Assembly: GCF_009834535.1 (NCBI RefSeq)
Contig: NC_045697.1
Coordinates: forward strand, 106,828,001 to 106,892,000
DNA from: Camelus ferus
Lineage: Eukaryota
Direction of reading: 5' to 3'
DNA length: 64,000 bases
Shown one piece after another: positions 26,432 to 40,085 of the stretch. Position numbers and translations under genes: made by a program. The number at the start of each line of letters is the position of its first letter. Within the stretch, counting starts at the first letter, position 1. Below the pieces are notes generated by a model. The model saw only the letters and a list, made by a program, of their open reading frames with translations. It had not been told where the DNA came from and searched no databases.

Positions 26432-29400
26432 TGGATTTAAAATGAACTGGTCTGTTATGTTTGCATGTGCTGGATTTCAAACACTAGTGGTAATGTTTCC
26501 TTAACATTGATATATGACCTTTGTAATTTACATTGAAGAAAGCTGTTTTTTTCAGCCTAATTAGAACTGTTTCAAATTTTCCTGCTAAATATATGATATA
26601 AAGTCCTTTCAACTTTTTTATTCTAGAGTTTCTTTCCATGTCAACTTTGTTCCAATCAAAATATGCTTTGAATTAAATGATTTTGATTGAATATGTGGAT
26701 CACATTTCACTTCTAAGATTTAAAGTCCAAAAAGGAAAAGTTTAGCCTGTTCAAACAAAGCAAGAGCAGCCACTTTGCGGAAAGCTATTCACATTTAAGA
26801 AGACTGACAAATTGTTTGTGTGCACCATTAGGTCTAGTTTCTGCAATAGTTGCCAGATTTCCTGTCCCCTAATAAGATACATTAACTCCTTAAATTCTGG
26901 CTCTGAATTTCTGATGAATCTGAGTAACTTTAGCGAATTTTTTATTTACCTATAATTTCCATTTTTGAAATAAATTGAAAAAAATAGAAAAGAAAATCTG
27001 CCGTTAATATCAAAATTTTTCAAGAAACAAATGTCTCAGAAAAATCACCATTTTTTTCGTATTGGACAGACACAGATTCAGAATGTGAATGTGCTTTCCA
27101 AGTGGGATTTTTCCAGAAGTGACAAATCCACATTAATCCTCATTTTTGAAAAAAAAAATGTATTAATTAACCTATTTAAGGATTACTTGCTCAGGTGAAG
27201 CAGAACAGTCAACTTACTGAAGTACTGGAGGAACTATAATCTACTAACATGAGCTTAACATTCTCCCATACTGATTACAAATACATCACAGTGCTTCAGA
27301 ATTCAGATATTTACCTTAATAAAAATATTTAACAAAAATGTGAAACAAATTTTGTATTACTTACAAAGAAAAGTTTACTTTGGGGGCTTAAATATGTGTG
27401 AGGCTGTGACATTAAGAATAATGAGTCATATATGTTTTCAATAAAAGGGTGAGCAAATGGATAAATACATGGATATACAATAAAAGTTACTTCATTATAA
27501 AAAAAGAAGTTACGAATGCCAAAGGAGGGAAAGGAGGGTCAAGGATTTAGAGGAAAAAAATGAGGGATGCTGAGAGTAAAAATTATTTTTGATAGTTTTA
27601 AAAAATAAAAATTAGTCAACAACACATTGAAGTTCAGGCTGCAAGGCAGACAGAGAAATCACTGGGGTAGTTTGGTACTTCTAAACTGCCCTTGAACTGT
27701 TGGGCAGAAGAGAGATTCTGGAGCCACTAGCACACTGTTCATTTGTACGTTTATACCATTACTGAAGAAATGTGTGAGTTAGTATCGTACCTTGATATAA
27801 CCATCAAACACTCGTGCATCTTTTGGCAGGAGAATCATTCTGTCTACGATTGTTATTGTGTAGTTTTAAATGGAGTAGTCAACCAGCTGTTATATATTTT
27901 ACACACTGAAGGCCATGTTTCCTTTGAAATTCATAGTTTTAATCTCAACTGAAGTCTGTATTGCTGTGTGCCAAGATCAAAAGGATTAGGCAAACTTGTA
28001 CAATTACCCTCCTTTTCAGAGAGATGATTTTTTTCTAGTATTTAAAACAGTCCTATATGCTGACATTTTATCCAACTATTTTCTTTAGAGCTACAGAACA
28101 TTAAAACATTTAATTAACATTTCAACCTTAGGTCACTCTTAATCTAAAATCTAGGAATTCACAATATACAGATATGTTAAACTAGTCATGGTGTAACATA
28201 CACAGGGAGAGGGAGCTTTTAAGAAAAATCTATTAATAAGGAACAATTGAAAGCAACTACATCAAAGGATAGATATATCCATCTATTTTACTATTTATTT
28301 GCATGTTGCATGCCCTCATTCAGAAAATATTTCACAGAGCTTACAATGAGGCATAGACATCAAGATAAAATCAATGTAACTTAAGAGAAGTAAGGCAATG
28401 CAGAAAGAAGGATAAGTAGTACATGAAAATCATGCCATGAAATTCTATAGACTTAGCGCTGTGCCATGCATTTGGCGCTAAGCTTTCTAGCAGGCAACAT
28501 AAAGAAAGAAACACGAACACTTCCAAGAGTCAAGTGACTATAATGTAAAAACAAACCAGATGGCCTAGAAAAACACATTATTTCTATTCCTCAGATAAGA
28601 AATTCCTCCCCTGGCAATATGATGGAATCCAGGTATGTGTCTCTCAGAGGGACTGACTTAATCCTGGGATAGATTTAAAGTATAGACAAATGGAGAGACT
28701 ACGTATTCTTCAGGCAATCCTGCACAAACATTATTTCTCTTAGGTGAGGCTCTGAATGTTAAATTCTACATTACACTCCATGACACGTACCTGGAATGCA
28801 GCCATTTTGTTTTGTCAGTAAATGCAGAGCCACATGGTTCAACAACAGCTAAACTGAGTCACAGGACTGATAATCTCTTAAAAATGTGAAGAGCAGAAGG
28901 AGGAAGACACAAACAAGGTTTCTACGGAAGGCAAGCCTGCCTTCACTTGGAAGGGATAGTGGCCTTCCCTAAGACAGCTTCAAGATTTTCCTCAGAAAGA
29001 AATTCTGGATAAACTTCCCCACACAGATGAATGGCCTCCAGTAAAAGCCTCCAAATGCCAACGGTGATGTCCAAATACTTGTAGATGTTAAAATATTTAA
29101 AACCACTGTATTAAATGTTCAACCCTTTAAAAAGAATTGGTCAAGTATTCCTAGAAAATTAATTTTGACTACTGTAAACTTCTGTTATGCTAAGATAAAC
29201 TAGTTATAAAAATACATACTTTAGTAATTAAAATATGAATCTAAAATTCTTAATTATCTAGGTACAGGAAAAAAAGAATAGGTTTCCTCTTCAACAACCA
29301 TAGAACAATGTATTAATCTGCTGTGAACTTCTGGAGGTTTTATTTTATAGATAGTTATTAAAAGAAGAAAAACAAAACCAAAAAAATTTAATCCCTTCCC

Positions 29401-30394
29401 ATTTGCTTATCCACACAGATCTGATAAATACTAGCAGTCTCTTGCCTTTGAAGATGGCCAGACCAGAATCCCTACTTATTGCCAGATGTAGTTTAATCCC
29501 ACAGGGACTCCAGATAAAAACAAGGGGCTGTCTTCATGGCACCAATGATTCCTTGGACTGCCTGCCGTAAACTTATATTGGCAAATCAAAATCCTTGGCA
29601 ACACAGAACACTTATTATATCACCACTTCCAAGCATATCCAATAGAAAAAAAAACCTGAACTAAAGCATATGAATGCAAAAGTTGCTGAATATTTTTAGA
29701 GCACTGACAAGCTCAGCCAGAGAGCACATCTGCACTGACGTTGTGTGTGCAATTGTATACACGTGCATTACGTGAGGCTAAACATCTTTTTTCATTCTGT
29801 AACTTTCGATGAATATCAGCAGCTCTGTCATCCATTCAGTCAACAAACCTTTACTGGTTGCTTACCATAAACTCCGATCTATACTAGAGTCTAGGGGTAA
29901 CGAGATGAGATATCCCTTTGGGGGAAGGTAGGGAGGCAAGAAGTCATCTCTATGACAATTACAACAGTTTACATGACAGGTACTGAGAGCCCCAGTCAAG
30001 AAAGTAACAGTGGGAGTGAAGAAGACGGGACAGATTTCACGAAGACTGAAGATAGTAGTTATCACTTTTACCACCAATTGATTACCAGCATGAGAGGGGA
30101 AGGAAAGGGAGTTCAGGATGGCACCCAGATTTCAAGTTTGGACCTTAACCATATCAGAGAAGGAACAATTTATATAGCAAAGGATTAATTCAATTTTGAA
30201 CTGAGTATTAATATTTTGAACTTTCTTTTATAGGTTTGAATTTAACCCTAAGCCTTTTTTTTTTGGATCTAAGGCTGCTAATTATAACAGGAATTTATAT
30301 ACAATTTCAATATTAAAATGTGTTCATGTTCAATACTGGAATGTTCGAGCCAAAAAAATTCTGGGTAACAAAATAACCACCAAGACTTTATACC

Positions 30395-30672
30395 AGTGAC
30401 TTCAATAAGAATACAAGGCAAGCCAGGTATGTAATTTAAAATGTTTTAGTAGCCATATTTAAAAAAACAGGTAAAATTAATTTTAATATAGTATATTTAG
30501 TCAAAATTATCATTTAAACATATCATAAATATAAACATTATTTCGTATTTAATCTTGGAAATTTGGTATACTTTTTACACTTACAACATACAGCACATCT
30601 CAATTCAGACTAGCCACATGTCAAGTGACCAGTAACCACACGTAACTAGTGGTTACAACATTGGGCAGTAAA
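30395..30672. mobile_element. MER33-like hAT-Charlie element
   Basis: gtaatttaaaatgttttagtagccatatttaaaaa...cagcacatctcaattcagactagccacatgtcaagtg...tagtggttac. Confidence 0.75.
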
Positions 30673-31569
30673 GCTTTACTCAGTTCCAAATACTGAATCT
30701 GCATTCAGATTTTTGTAGCATTTTGATATAAGACAGAATTCAGGCTTTAACAATATTTAAGCTTCTTAACAAATAGATCTGCCTACTAAAAATAACGATA
30801 AACCTTACAAAGCACCTGCAGACTAGAAAATGACCTTTGATTCAGTTTTGAAGCTGTCATTACAATTCTCAGTGCCATGAAGAATGACTACGTCTTTGGA
30901 CATGGCAGCAGAAATATAATACCTTCAACTTTGAAACAGACATAAGTGTTCTGCAATGTACATCCTTTAGTCATTTACCTGAAGAAATGTGGCAGCATTC
31001 AAAACACGTCACTGTGACTACTCTCTCTAACAATAAAGGTAAACAGCTGATTTTATCAGTCACGATGTTACCTATATACACTCCATCCTTTAAAGTCCTT
31101 GGTCAGAACTTTTTTGCATATTATCTACTCAGCTCTATCAGCTATGTACTTTAAGAACTAACACAGAGCCATAGACTACACTTGAGCACTGGGAACATAA
31201 TGTTTGCGGAAGTGAGATATATGAAATTTGTAGACAATGTGGGTGCATTCATAAACCTCGTCAAAATCACTTCATTTTAGTAGCAGTGGAAACCAGCCTC
31301 TGTTTGCCCCACTCCTGGAAATCCCATAATCTCTATAAGAACAACCTATGAGTCTCTAAATCACAATAAATTGTAGGTATGATTCTTTCTGAATTATCAA
31401 TGGAGTAATGACTGGTTAATAGAGTCAGTCTTGTTTAATTATTTTTATGTAGCCACGAGTACACAGGCAGTATGAGATCAACAGTCTAAACTCCTTGAAA
31501 GATTTAAGTGAATTTGTTATTTATGCTTCCTTATCTCACTTTCACTTCTTAACTAATCTCTTGTCTATT

Positions 31570-32345
31570 ACAGGTCCACCACTGAAGACGCTTTTGCTGA
31601 GAACACCACCTCCAACTGTCGGAATCCAGTGGAAGCTTCTCCTTCCTCACGTGGCCTCTCTGCGTTAAGGCATGTATGTTTCTAACTCTATCTTCTCAAA
31701 GCTTCCATGATAACGTCCCTGTAGGTTTTCTTTTTACATTTCTGATCCTCCTCACTTTTTATAATGTAAGGTCTTTTTCCTCTGTTACATCTTCAGTGTT
31801 CCCTCTCCTCAAGATTCAGTCCCAGGCCCTTGTTTCTGATATAACTCATGCTAATGAGTCAGACTTCAACTACCTTGACCGGCTATTCTGACCATCTCCA
31901 GAGTTTCAAGTCCAAAACATCAACTGCCCATTAGGCTACTTCTTTTGCTGTGCCTCCGGTAACTCAAACCTAATGTATCAAAAAAAGAGAAAAAAAAAGG
32001 AATAGTTTTTCCTTTTAAACTTGCTTTCTTGCTTGCTTTTTTGATTATGGAAGCAGAACTTCATCCAGTCAGTCAAATTTGAAAGGTATCAGTCATCCTG
32101 ACTTCCCCTTTTTCCTCTCCCTCCAAAACATTATCTAATCAGATAACTAGCCTCCAAAATATCTTACAAATTTGTTCTTTCTTTTCCTTCTGCTGTGACT
32201 GTCTTGGCTTTGTTATTTCTTGGCTCAGTTATTCTAACACTATCCAAACTGTTCTCTTTATCTCTAAAATCTGCCCCTCTCCATTCAGTTCCTATCTACA
32301 GCCTGACCAACTCATGACTCTCCTTAGGACTTTTTTATGGTTCTC
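31570..32345 (+). mobile_element. L2 LINE relic (degenerate)
   Basis: Pyrimidine-rich degenerate L2 phrases (aactcaaacctaatgtatcaaaa, cagtcatcctgacttcccc). Confidence 0.5.
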
Positions 32346-32356
32346 TTTCCTCTAAA

Positions 32357-32546
32357 GCAGTGGATCTCTAACTTTAACATCCACTAAAAGCATCTGGAGG
32401 ACTTGCTGAAACACAGATTGCTGAGCTCCCACCCACAGAGTTTCTGTTTCTGTAGATCTGGAGCTGAGCCCAAGATTTGCCTTTTTAACAAGTTCTCAGG
32501 TAATACTGATGCTTTTGGTCTGGCAACCACCTTGTGGCCACCACTA
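32357..32546. mobile_element. MER5A hAT-Charlie element
   Basis: cagtggatctctaac...aaacacagattgctgagc...ttaacaagttctcaggtaatactgatgct...ccacta. Confidence 0.8.
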
Positions 32547-32864
32547 CCCCAAAGAAAAAAGTCTATCTGACTTACAAGGCATTTCAGTTGTTCACAGAAT
32601 CTGCCTCCAGTCTTATTTGTCCACAGGTCTCACTCACTCACATTTCTACACACACACTGCACTCCACCTTCTAAGTCCAGCTCACTTACTGTTCTATAAC
32701 AGCAACAAGATCTTTGCTTTGTAGCTCTGTAATGCCCCCTCCGTTATCTTCCTCCCTCCCTGGCAAACTACAACTCATTCTTAAACACTAAGATCAAATG
32801 TAATTTCCTTGGTTAAGCCTCCCCCAAACTTCCCAAGGAAGCAAAATAGGGCATTTCCTTTCCA

Positions 32865-33016
32865 TCTCAGAGTGAAAAAAAAAACTGTAACAATGTATGG
32901 TGAGGGATGTTAACTAGACTTGCGGTGATCATTTCACAAATACACAGATATTGAATCATTTTGTTGTAGAGCCAAAAGTAGTATCACGTTATATATCAAT
33001 TATAGCTCAATAAAAA
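32865..33016 (+). mobile_element. L1 (L1MA9/artiodactyl-type) 3' end
   Basis: gtaacaatgtatggtgagggatgttaactagact...ttatatatcaattatagctcaataaaaa. Confidence 0.8.
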
Positions 33017-33149
33017 TTAATATTAAAAATTATACACACAAAAACAAATAAATAAAATGTTAAATGCTTTAGTGGTAGCATATGCTCTTTCATGGTATTA
33101 CCACAAGTATTATATTATTCATTATATTACATTATATATTATCACAAGA

Positions 33150-33310
33150 TACATATTTACTTGTTTAGTTTCTTATTTAGTGTCCATCTCCCTCACCAAA
33201 CAATAAGGTCCAAAAGGGCAGGTACTAGGTTGTCTTTCTTACTGTTATATTCCCCAAAACTAATAAGTAGTAGGCACTTACAAAATATCTGGTGAATGAA
33301 TAAATAAATA
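33150..33310 (+). mobile_element. L2 3' end relic
   Basis: agtaggcacttacaaaatatctggtgaatgaataaataaa. Confidence 0.55.
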
Positions 33311-33904
33311 CATCACTTAATCTATTTCTCTAATTAGTTACTGCCATGTCTGTTTGATCTTCATAATGACAGCCCCAAAGGGCAGGTGTCATATTCTTCC
33401 AATTTTGTGATCACAGACCTAATTACCTAGTAGACCCCTAATAAATGTCTGTTGAATGAATGAATGGCATTTAAGAAATTCTTGTGATTTAGCACAATTC
33501 AGTGTCTATGCGGAGGGACTATGATCTTAAAGCACAGTATAAGAAGCATGAAATTGACCATAGAAACTTTACCCAGTTGATACTGTGCTAATTTGGCCAA
33601 GTTTAGAAAATGTGAAGAACTTCTGTGATTACTAGCCATTACAAACGAGTTGTCTACAGTTAACCATACAATCAAATTTAGGGTAGGCTGATTACAGCGA
33701 AAGAAGAAAAAGTGAAGTGGCTATTACAGCAACATCTTTCAATGTTTTATTTTCTCTTGAACAATGTCAGGAAGATGAGTGCAGATAATGTCCTTCATAA
33801 ACTTGACAAAGCCTCTAGAAGGACAATATATTATGCAAGGAAAATGCATCTGAAGGTCAACCTAGAAGAAACTCACTGATCAACTAAACAACAATATAAC
33901 AATA

Positions 33905-34140
33905 ACATCAGCATTTAACACTTAGTGAGCACTTATGATGTGCCTAGTTTTATTTTAAATGTTTTACACAGATTATTTTATTTAATCTTCACAATAATCC
34001 TATGAGAGAAGCACTACAATCCTAATAAATACTGTTTACAAAAGAGGCTAAAAACATTAAGTAAACTGACTAATGCCACACAGCTAGTAAATGTCGGAGT
34101 TGCCACCTAAACCCAGATCTGACTCTGAAGCCATGTTACA
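33905..34140 (-). mobile_element. MIR SINE relic
   Basis: gagcacttatgatgtgcct...atttaatcttcacaataatcctatgag...ccacacagctagtaaatg...acccagatctgactctgaagcc. Confidence 0.75.
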
Positions 34141-37100
34141 ACACATCCTTTTGTAAAATTATGAAACAGAATGGTATATGCCAAAGCTGCATTCTAAAAA
34201 TATGAAGCCATTTCATACCAAGAATTATTTTTAAGGGGTTTCACACACAATATTTGGTAACACTAGAATTAAGTATTGCTGAATATGAACTAAATCTGAT
34301 GTGCCATGTCGACCCAGAGGCTTTATTTACAGATTTCACTGTTCTTTCAGCTGGTTTTCACTTTTACACCTGCCTTTCAAAACTAAAACTTTCACCTGTA
34401 CTACAGTTTATTTTTCTGTCTTCCTGACCAGTATCTGAATTCCTGGAAGGCAGAGATTATATCTCATCATTGGAACTGAGCATACAGTAAATACTCAATA
34501 AGTATTTACAGAGCTAAATAAGAGATTTATAATCTAGGCTTCTTTTCATTATTTATTAGGCGATTTTTTTAAAATCAAATTAAAAAAAAAATCAGCCTTT
34601 AAAGCAAGACAGAGAATACCAACATACTAGTTAATTGCCAAGTCCAAAGACCCTCAATAAAGAAGCAATCCATTAAACTATTTTGGGATAAGAATTACCA
34701 GTAAGAGATCAACTCATGCTGCTAATTTCTGAACAACCATGACCATTAGCAATTAAAAAAATGCAATTTCATGTACTTCATTGTGTATCGTATTTTGTTT
34801 CGACACATGAACTATTTGATTCCTTTAGATCAAACTACTGTGAAAAAAGAAAGGAGAAAATTTCTCTCATTTCCTATTTAAATAAACATTTTCATTTAAC
34901 TACCAAACTTGATACAAGTTTTTGTTAATTTAGGGAAAACGTTTTAAATACCTGTGTGTAATAACACTGTCTCAAACTATCTACTTAGGACACCAATTAC
35001 ACGTCTTTCTTTTATATTTTAAAATGATAGCACAAATATTATTTACTTTTATGATTTTAATATCTCTTAAGTGTGCCACTTGGCAAACACTTTTAAGTTG
35101 AACTACTTGAATAAGCAACGTCAAACAAATATATCTGTTTTGAGACATTTTTTAAGCTTTTCAGATAACTGCCATGATAAGCTGGTAAGACATACTAGAA
35201 TACTATAAAATCAGAGCTGGAACCACTATCTTGATTAGGTTAGGAGAACTGGGTCAAGGCCATAGATATATTCACTCTGAGAGACCACCGTTTTCCCCCT
35301 TTATTGTTCAAAAATATAACTCTTCTTTATAGAATGTCTACATTTTCAGTTAAATTCAACTCAAGGGATGCAGTTATAAGGCCAGAATCTATCAAAGATC
35401 TCATTATCAATAGAAGCACTTAAATTTTTCTTAAATATGCAGGGGAAAAGACAAACAGCAAGGCAAGAGTTAACTGAAACATTCCTCTTTAGAGCCACAG
35501 CGGCGTTGAGGAGTGGGGGCTGGTGGACGGTGGGAGGAGGGAGAAGGCAGAGAGACGCAGAGTTAATCAGGGAGCAAATCCAAAGCCAGGCATGGATAGG
35601 CCTCACTAATGAGCCTCAAGGACCCTGCAGTGGTTTTCAAACTTAACTGGCTTCAAACGATGCCACCCCATGACAGAATGCAGCTAGCCAGAAGAGGAGG
35701 GTGATTAGAATAAATGACGAGAGTAATTAACTCTGATGTGAAACCACCTGATTGGAAAAGAGAAGCCAAGAGCTATTTAGCTGATGGTCCTCCAGGAGAA
35801 AAAGGAAGCTTTCCCTTTCTCTTGTGTGGGTGTTCAGTTAGAACTCAACTCTTTCAAGTAGGTATTTGGTAGCACTAATGAAAAGCAGCTTTCATTCAAG
35901 GGCCTTCCCATTCATTTTGAAAGGGGAAGAAAATAAAAGCTTCAAAGTAGAACTAATTTACTTTACTCCCCTACCTCTTAGTGGATTTTGCATTAGTGAA
36001 GTCTGCATTAGTGTTTATGCTAACAATCTGCCTCCAAATAACACCATCAAATACCAAAAATTATTATTTCTGAAATAACCAGAAAGGAATATTTATAATT
36101 CAAAAAAATTATCCCTTCTTTAAAAATATTTTACATCACATGTACATATTAAATAAATTTTATTTATCAATCATACTGAATAAAGTTGGAAAAAATGTTT
36201 TGCATAGAAAACTTTAAACTCATAATAATTGCTGATCAGTGTCAAGACTTCCTTTACATTGTCATTGGGATCATTCTTCCTCCAGCAAGAGACTCGAGTA
36301 AGAGAGAAGGATATGAAGTATGAACGGTGTAATTTGTTTTTGAAGAGGAAACAAACCAAAAAAAAAAAAAAGAATATGGTATTGCAAGGAAAGAAAGAGA
36401 ACATATTTTTGCAAAAAAGACAGCTTTCTTATGGTGCAAATTGAGCCAAAGGATCCACCACACTCTCTAGTCTGCTTTATTTTACAAAGAGGGGAATTAC
36501 AAAGACTGGGGGCATTACTACCTGCTGTTTTACAAGTCATCATCAATTCATTGGGCCAATGTTGTTCTGTACCTGCTGAGTTAATGTTCCTCGACACACC
36601 CCTCCCCGTAAAACAGGTTCACAAGCTGCCCAGCAACAACTACAGTGTAGTAGCACATGTAACTTAGCAAATGTTTATGCCTAAACTCAGATTTATTTGA
36701 CAGCTTTACACCTTTGGGCATGATATAATTAAATGTTTTGACAGCGAAACAAAAACTGTATAAATTTTAAAGCTATTAGGAGCTCAGCATCTAGAATCAA
36801 AATGAAGTAATTTGCTTATACCCTAAACCACTTTTAGTGATGCATTCCAACGAAAGGCACAAAGGGACGGGCAAATGTCTATCCAAATGTTTTAGCTAAT
36901 TCTTTCACATTTCTTCCGTGAAGAATATTCCCTTTATAAATATTGATAATGACTTTAATATCAACCAAGGGAACTTAAGGAGATTTAAGATTATCAATAC
37001 AACACTTACACTCCATCTTTGGCTACTTTCCATCATTTTAGAAGCAGCAATATTAAAAAGGCACAGACTAAGATGTATGTACTGTATTATTAGAGAGGCC

Positions 37101-39204
37101 ACTATGTGCTATTTAAAAGGATTTAAAGCAACACAAGGAAAGTGAGTGGTCCTCACACTCAGCTATTAATGATTCAGGAATTTATCCTCATTTTCCTAAG
37201 GTGCCAGGTTCCAGACTTTCATAGCACTCTGCTGCTTGTTCCGGTAAAATCCGAATTCTTGCTGCTCGTGGAAGAGAAAACTCACAATACCCCTAAGTCA
37301 CTGACTCCTTCAGAAAAACCCACTGTTCACGATCTGAGCTCCAAAAAATGTTCCCATCAGCAGCACTACTCAAACACACAGATTAAAAACCTCACTCAGA
37401 TACTTTTCTAAACATGAAACAGAAAACTATAAAGCAAACTTGTCCATTAAACTATCTCTTTTTTTAAATGAAAGGTTGATTTATATCTATTATATTGCAT
37501 CATATTATCTTTCTGGAAAGTACCTACAGAGTATTGGCTTATAGTCTAACAAAAAAAGCTCAAGTTTAAACAATATCTAAGTCAGAACGATTACTGATGC
37601 ATTTGGATTCTATCAAATACATAAAAATATTTAAAATGTACCTTTTCATTATGTAACCACCTGAGGAGATACTCTACCCTCACTAACGTAACAATGATCT
37701 GTTGTTTATTAAAAAGAAAAAATCAGTGAAATGTTTAGAAACCAGTTCACGTCTCATGTGGTGTTTATACTTCACTTTAACATCCTTCTTGGAAAGTCAG
37801 ATCTATACTGGCAAGTCAAATACTATGAACCAAATCCTGTTTAACTTATACATGCTGAAGTCAAACAATTTTTAAAACATATTCTAAAAAGAGCTTCCTA
37901 TGCACACATCTGAAAGCAACCGTGCATTATCTACTTGTTCTCTTCCTCTCACCCTGAGCAGGAGGGACGCCTTTCTGTGTACCATATTTGGATCTGCTGG
38001 AACATAGCCTGAAAATGGACTTAACTTTTTGGGCATTTAAGTATCTGACAGTGTGTGGAGTGTGGGGATAAGGAGGTGGGAACTCAGAAACTGATAGCTG
38101 CCATCTGCCTTTTCTTTTTAATGGATGAACTTTGAGTCTGATCATGCAAACACTACTTATAGCTGTTCAAAGACTTAGTGAATTTAGACTCAAAGGGAAG
38201 TATTAGTTGGTGTAAAATAAGAAATTTACACTACTGAAATACTACATATTGAAGATGTCCTCTTCCTACGAAATATTATCTCAGTGTCTTCTTTTTAATT
38301 ATTATTTTATTGTTTCTCCTCTCCCTGGACAATGAGTTTCAAAAAGAGTTACCAAATAATCAAATGTTATCAAATACACTTCACAAAGATGTACGTATGT
38401 ATGCCAGACCTTCTGATTAGAATGAGATAACCAGTGGCACTGATCTGATAAAATTTTGCTAAAGAACACCAACTAGAATGTAACCCATGTTGCTTTTTTA
38501 TAGGTAAAAGTTTATGTTCAAAGTGTTTATAAATTGCTGTGGCAGCTCTGGGGATACAATGACCTTTGGCTGAGCTCCACTGACTTAATAAACATATCAT
38601 GCCTAGTAAAATATACTAATTTCATAAACCTAAGACTTCACTGACTGTAAGATGAACTTTTTTGTATCGCTAAGAAATAAAAAGAGCTGCAAAATGGTAA
38701 CAGATTGCTTTATGATGCAGAATTTTAATTTTACATTGACTGAAAGAGCTGTCAGACTTTTTAGACAGATTTTATTAAAGTACTGGACATATTTAAAAAA
38801 GGAAATATAAATTAAATTGATTGTTCATACAGTGTTTCCCAGAGTCCAACTGTTCTGAATTACTTCCTGAGTTGAAGTTGTTGAAGTCTGTGTTCTTCCT
38901 CACCGTCCTGTCCTCACTGCCTTCAAAAGCATTAGTGAGGAAACATCTTTTAAAGAAAATTCTACACTATGACCTTTGGAATTTTCTTCCAAGCCTTAGG
39001 CATGCATTTGACAAATTGTGATGCTGACATTTTCTTGATCTCCCTGCCTTTTTTTTTCTTCTTCAGAGCTGTCAGTCAGTGCTCTTCTCATAACTACCTC
39101 TCATAACTACTCTACTTCTGTCCTCTTGTGTCTCTGTTTACATGTCTGTTGACTATGATACCTCTCTCTGAATACCTCCACTATAATAAATCTATCTTTT
39201 TAAA

Positions 39205-39298
39205 AATATTTTTTTAATTGAAGTACAGTTAATTACAATGTGTCAAACTCTTGTGTACAGCACAATGTCCCAGCCATGCATATACCTACATATATTCG
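39205..39298 (-). mobile_element. Young L1 3'-end fragment
   Basis: aattgaagtacagttaattacaatgtgtcaa...cagcacaatgtcccagccatgc, same family as 13091-13332; TSD unclear. Confidence 0.8.
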
Positions 39299-39344
39299 GG
39301 TAACTATCTTAAAACTTACCAAAATATATTTTAAAATGATGTTT

Positions 39345-40085
39345 AGTGGAAGACAGCTGGCAGTTTCTTACAAATGAAATATACTCTTGCCATATGACCT
39401 AGCAAATTGCACTCCTTGGTACATACCCAGCTGAGTTGAAAATTTATGTTCACATGAAGGCCTGTACATGAATGTTTACAGCAATTTTACTCATAATTGC
39501 TAAAACTTGGAAGCAACCAAGTTGTCCTTTAATAACTGAATCGATAAATAAACTGGTATATCCACACAATGGAATATTATTCCACAATAAAATGAAATGA
39601 GCTATCAAGCCATGGAAAGACATGGAGGAAGCTTAGCCAATCTGAAAAGGCAACATACTGTATGATTGCGAATATATGAACTTCCAGAAAAAGAAAAAAT
39701 ATGGAGACAATAATAAGATGAGTGGTTACCTGAATCTGGAGTGTGGGCAAAGGGGGAGAAGTGATCAGGTGGAACACAGGGGATTTTTAGGGTGTTGAAA
39801 CGATTCTGTAGTGGTGAACATGCATCATAACACATTAGTCAAAGCTCACAGAATGTACAACACAAAACACGAACCCTGGTGTAAGCTATGGACTTCAGTT
39901 AATGATAATGCACCAATAGTGGCTCATGAATTATAATAAACGTACCACACCAATACAAAATGTTAGTAATAGAAAGAACTGGGGGGAAGGGGAGTGAAGG
40001 GTGTATACAGAACTTTTTTTATGATCTGCTCACTTTTTAATAAACCTGAAACTGCTCTAAAAATAAAGTTTATTGTATTTTTAAA
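39345..40085 (+). mobile_element. L1MC-like ORF2 end plus 3'UTR
   Basis: ctcttgccatatgacctagcaa...aaaacttggaagcaaccaag...gaatgtacaacac...aaactgctctaaaaataaagt. Confidence 0.9.

Noticed and set aside
39086..39110. Short tandem duplications (also 165-190, about 24580, about 50725)
   Set aside because: Two-copy 10-14 bp slippage duplications are commonplace; no array or CRISPR-like repeat-spacer structure.
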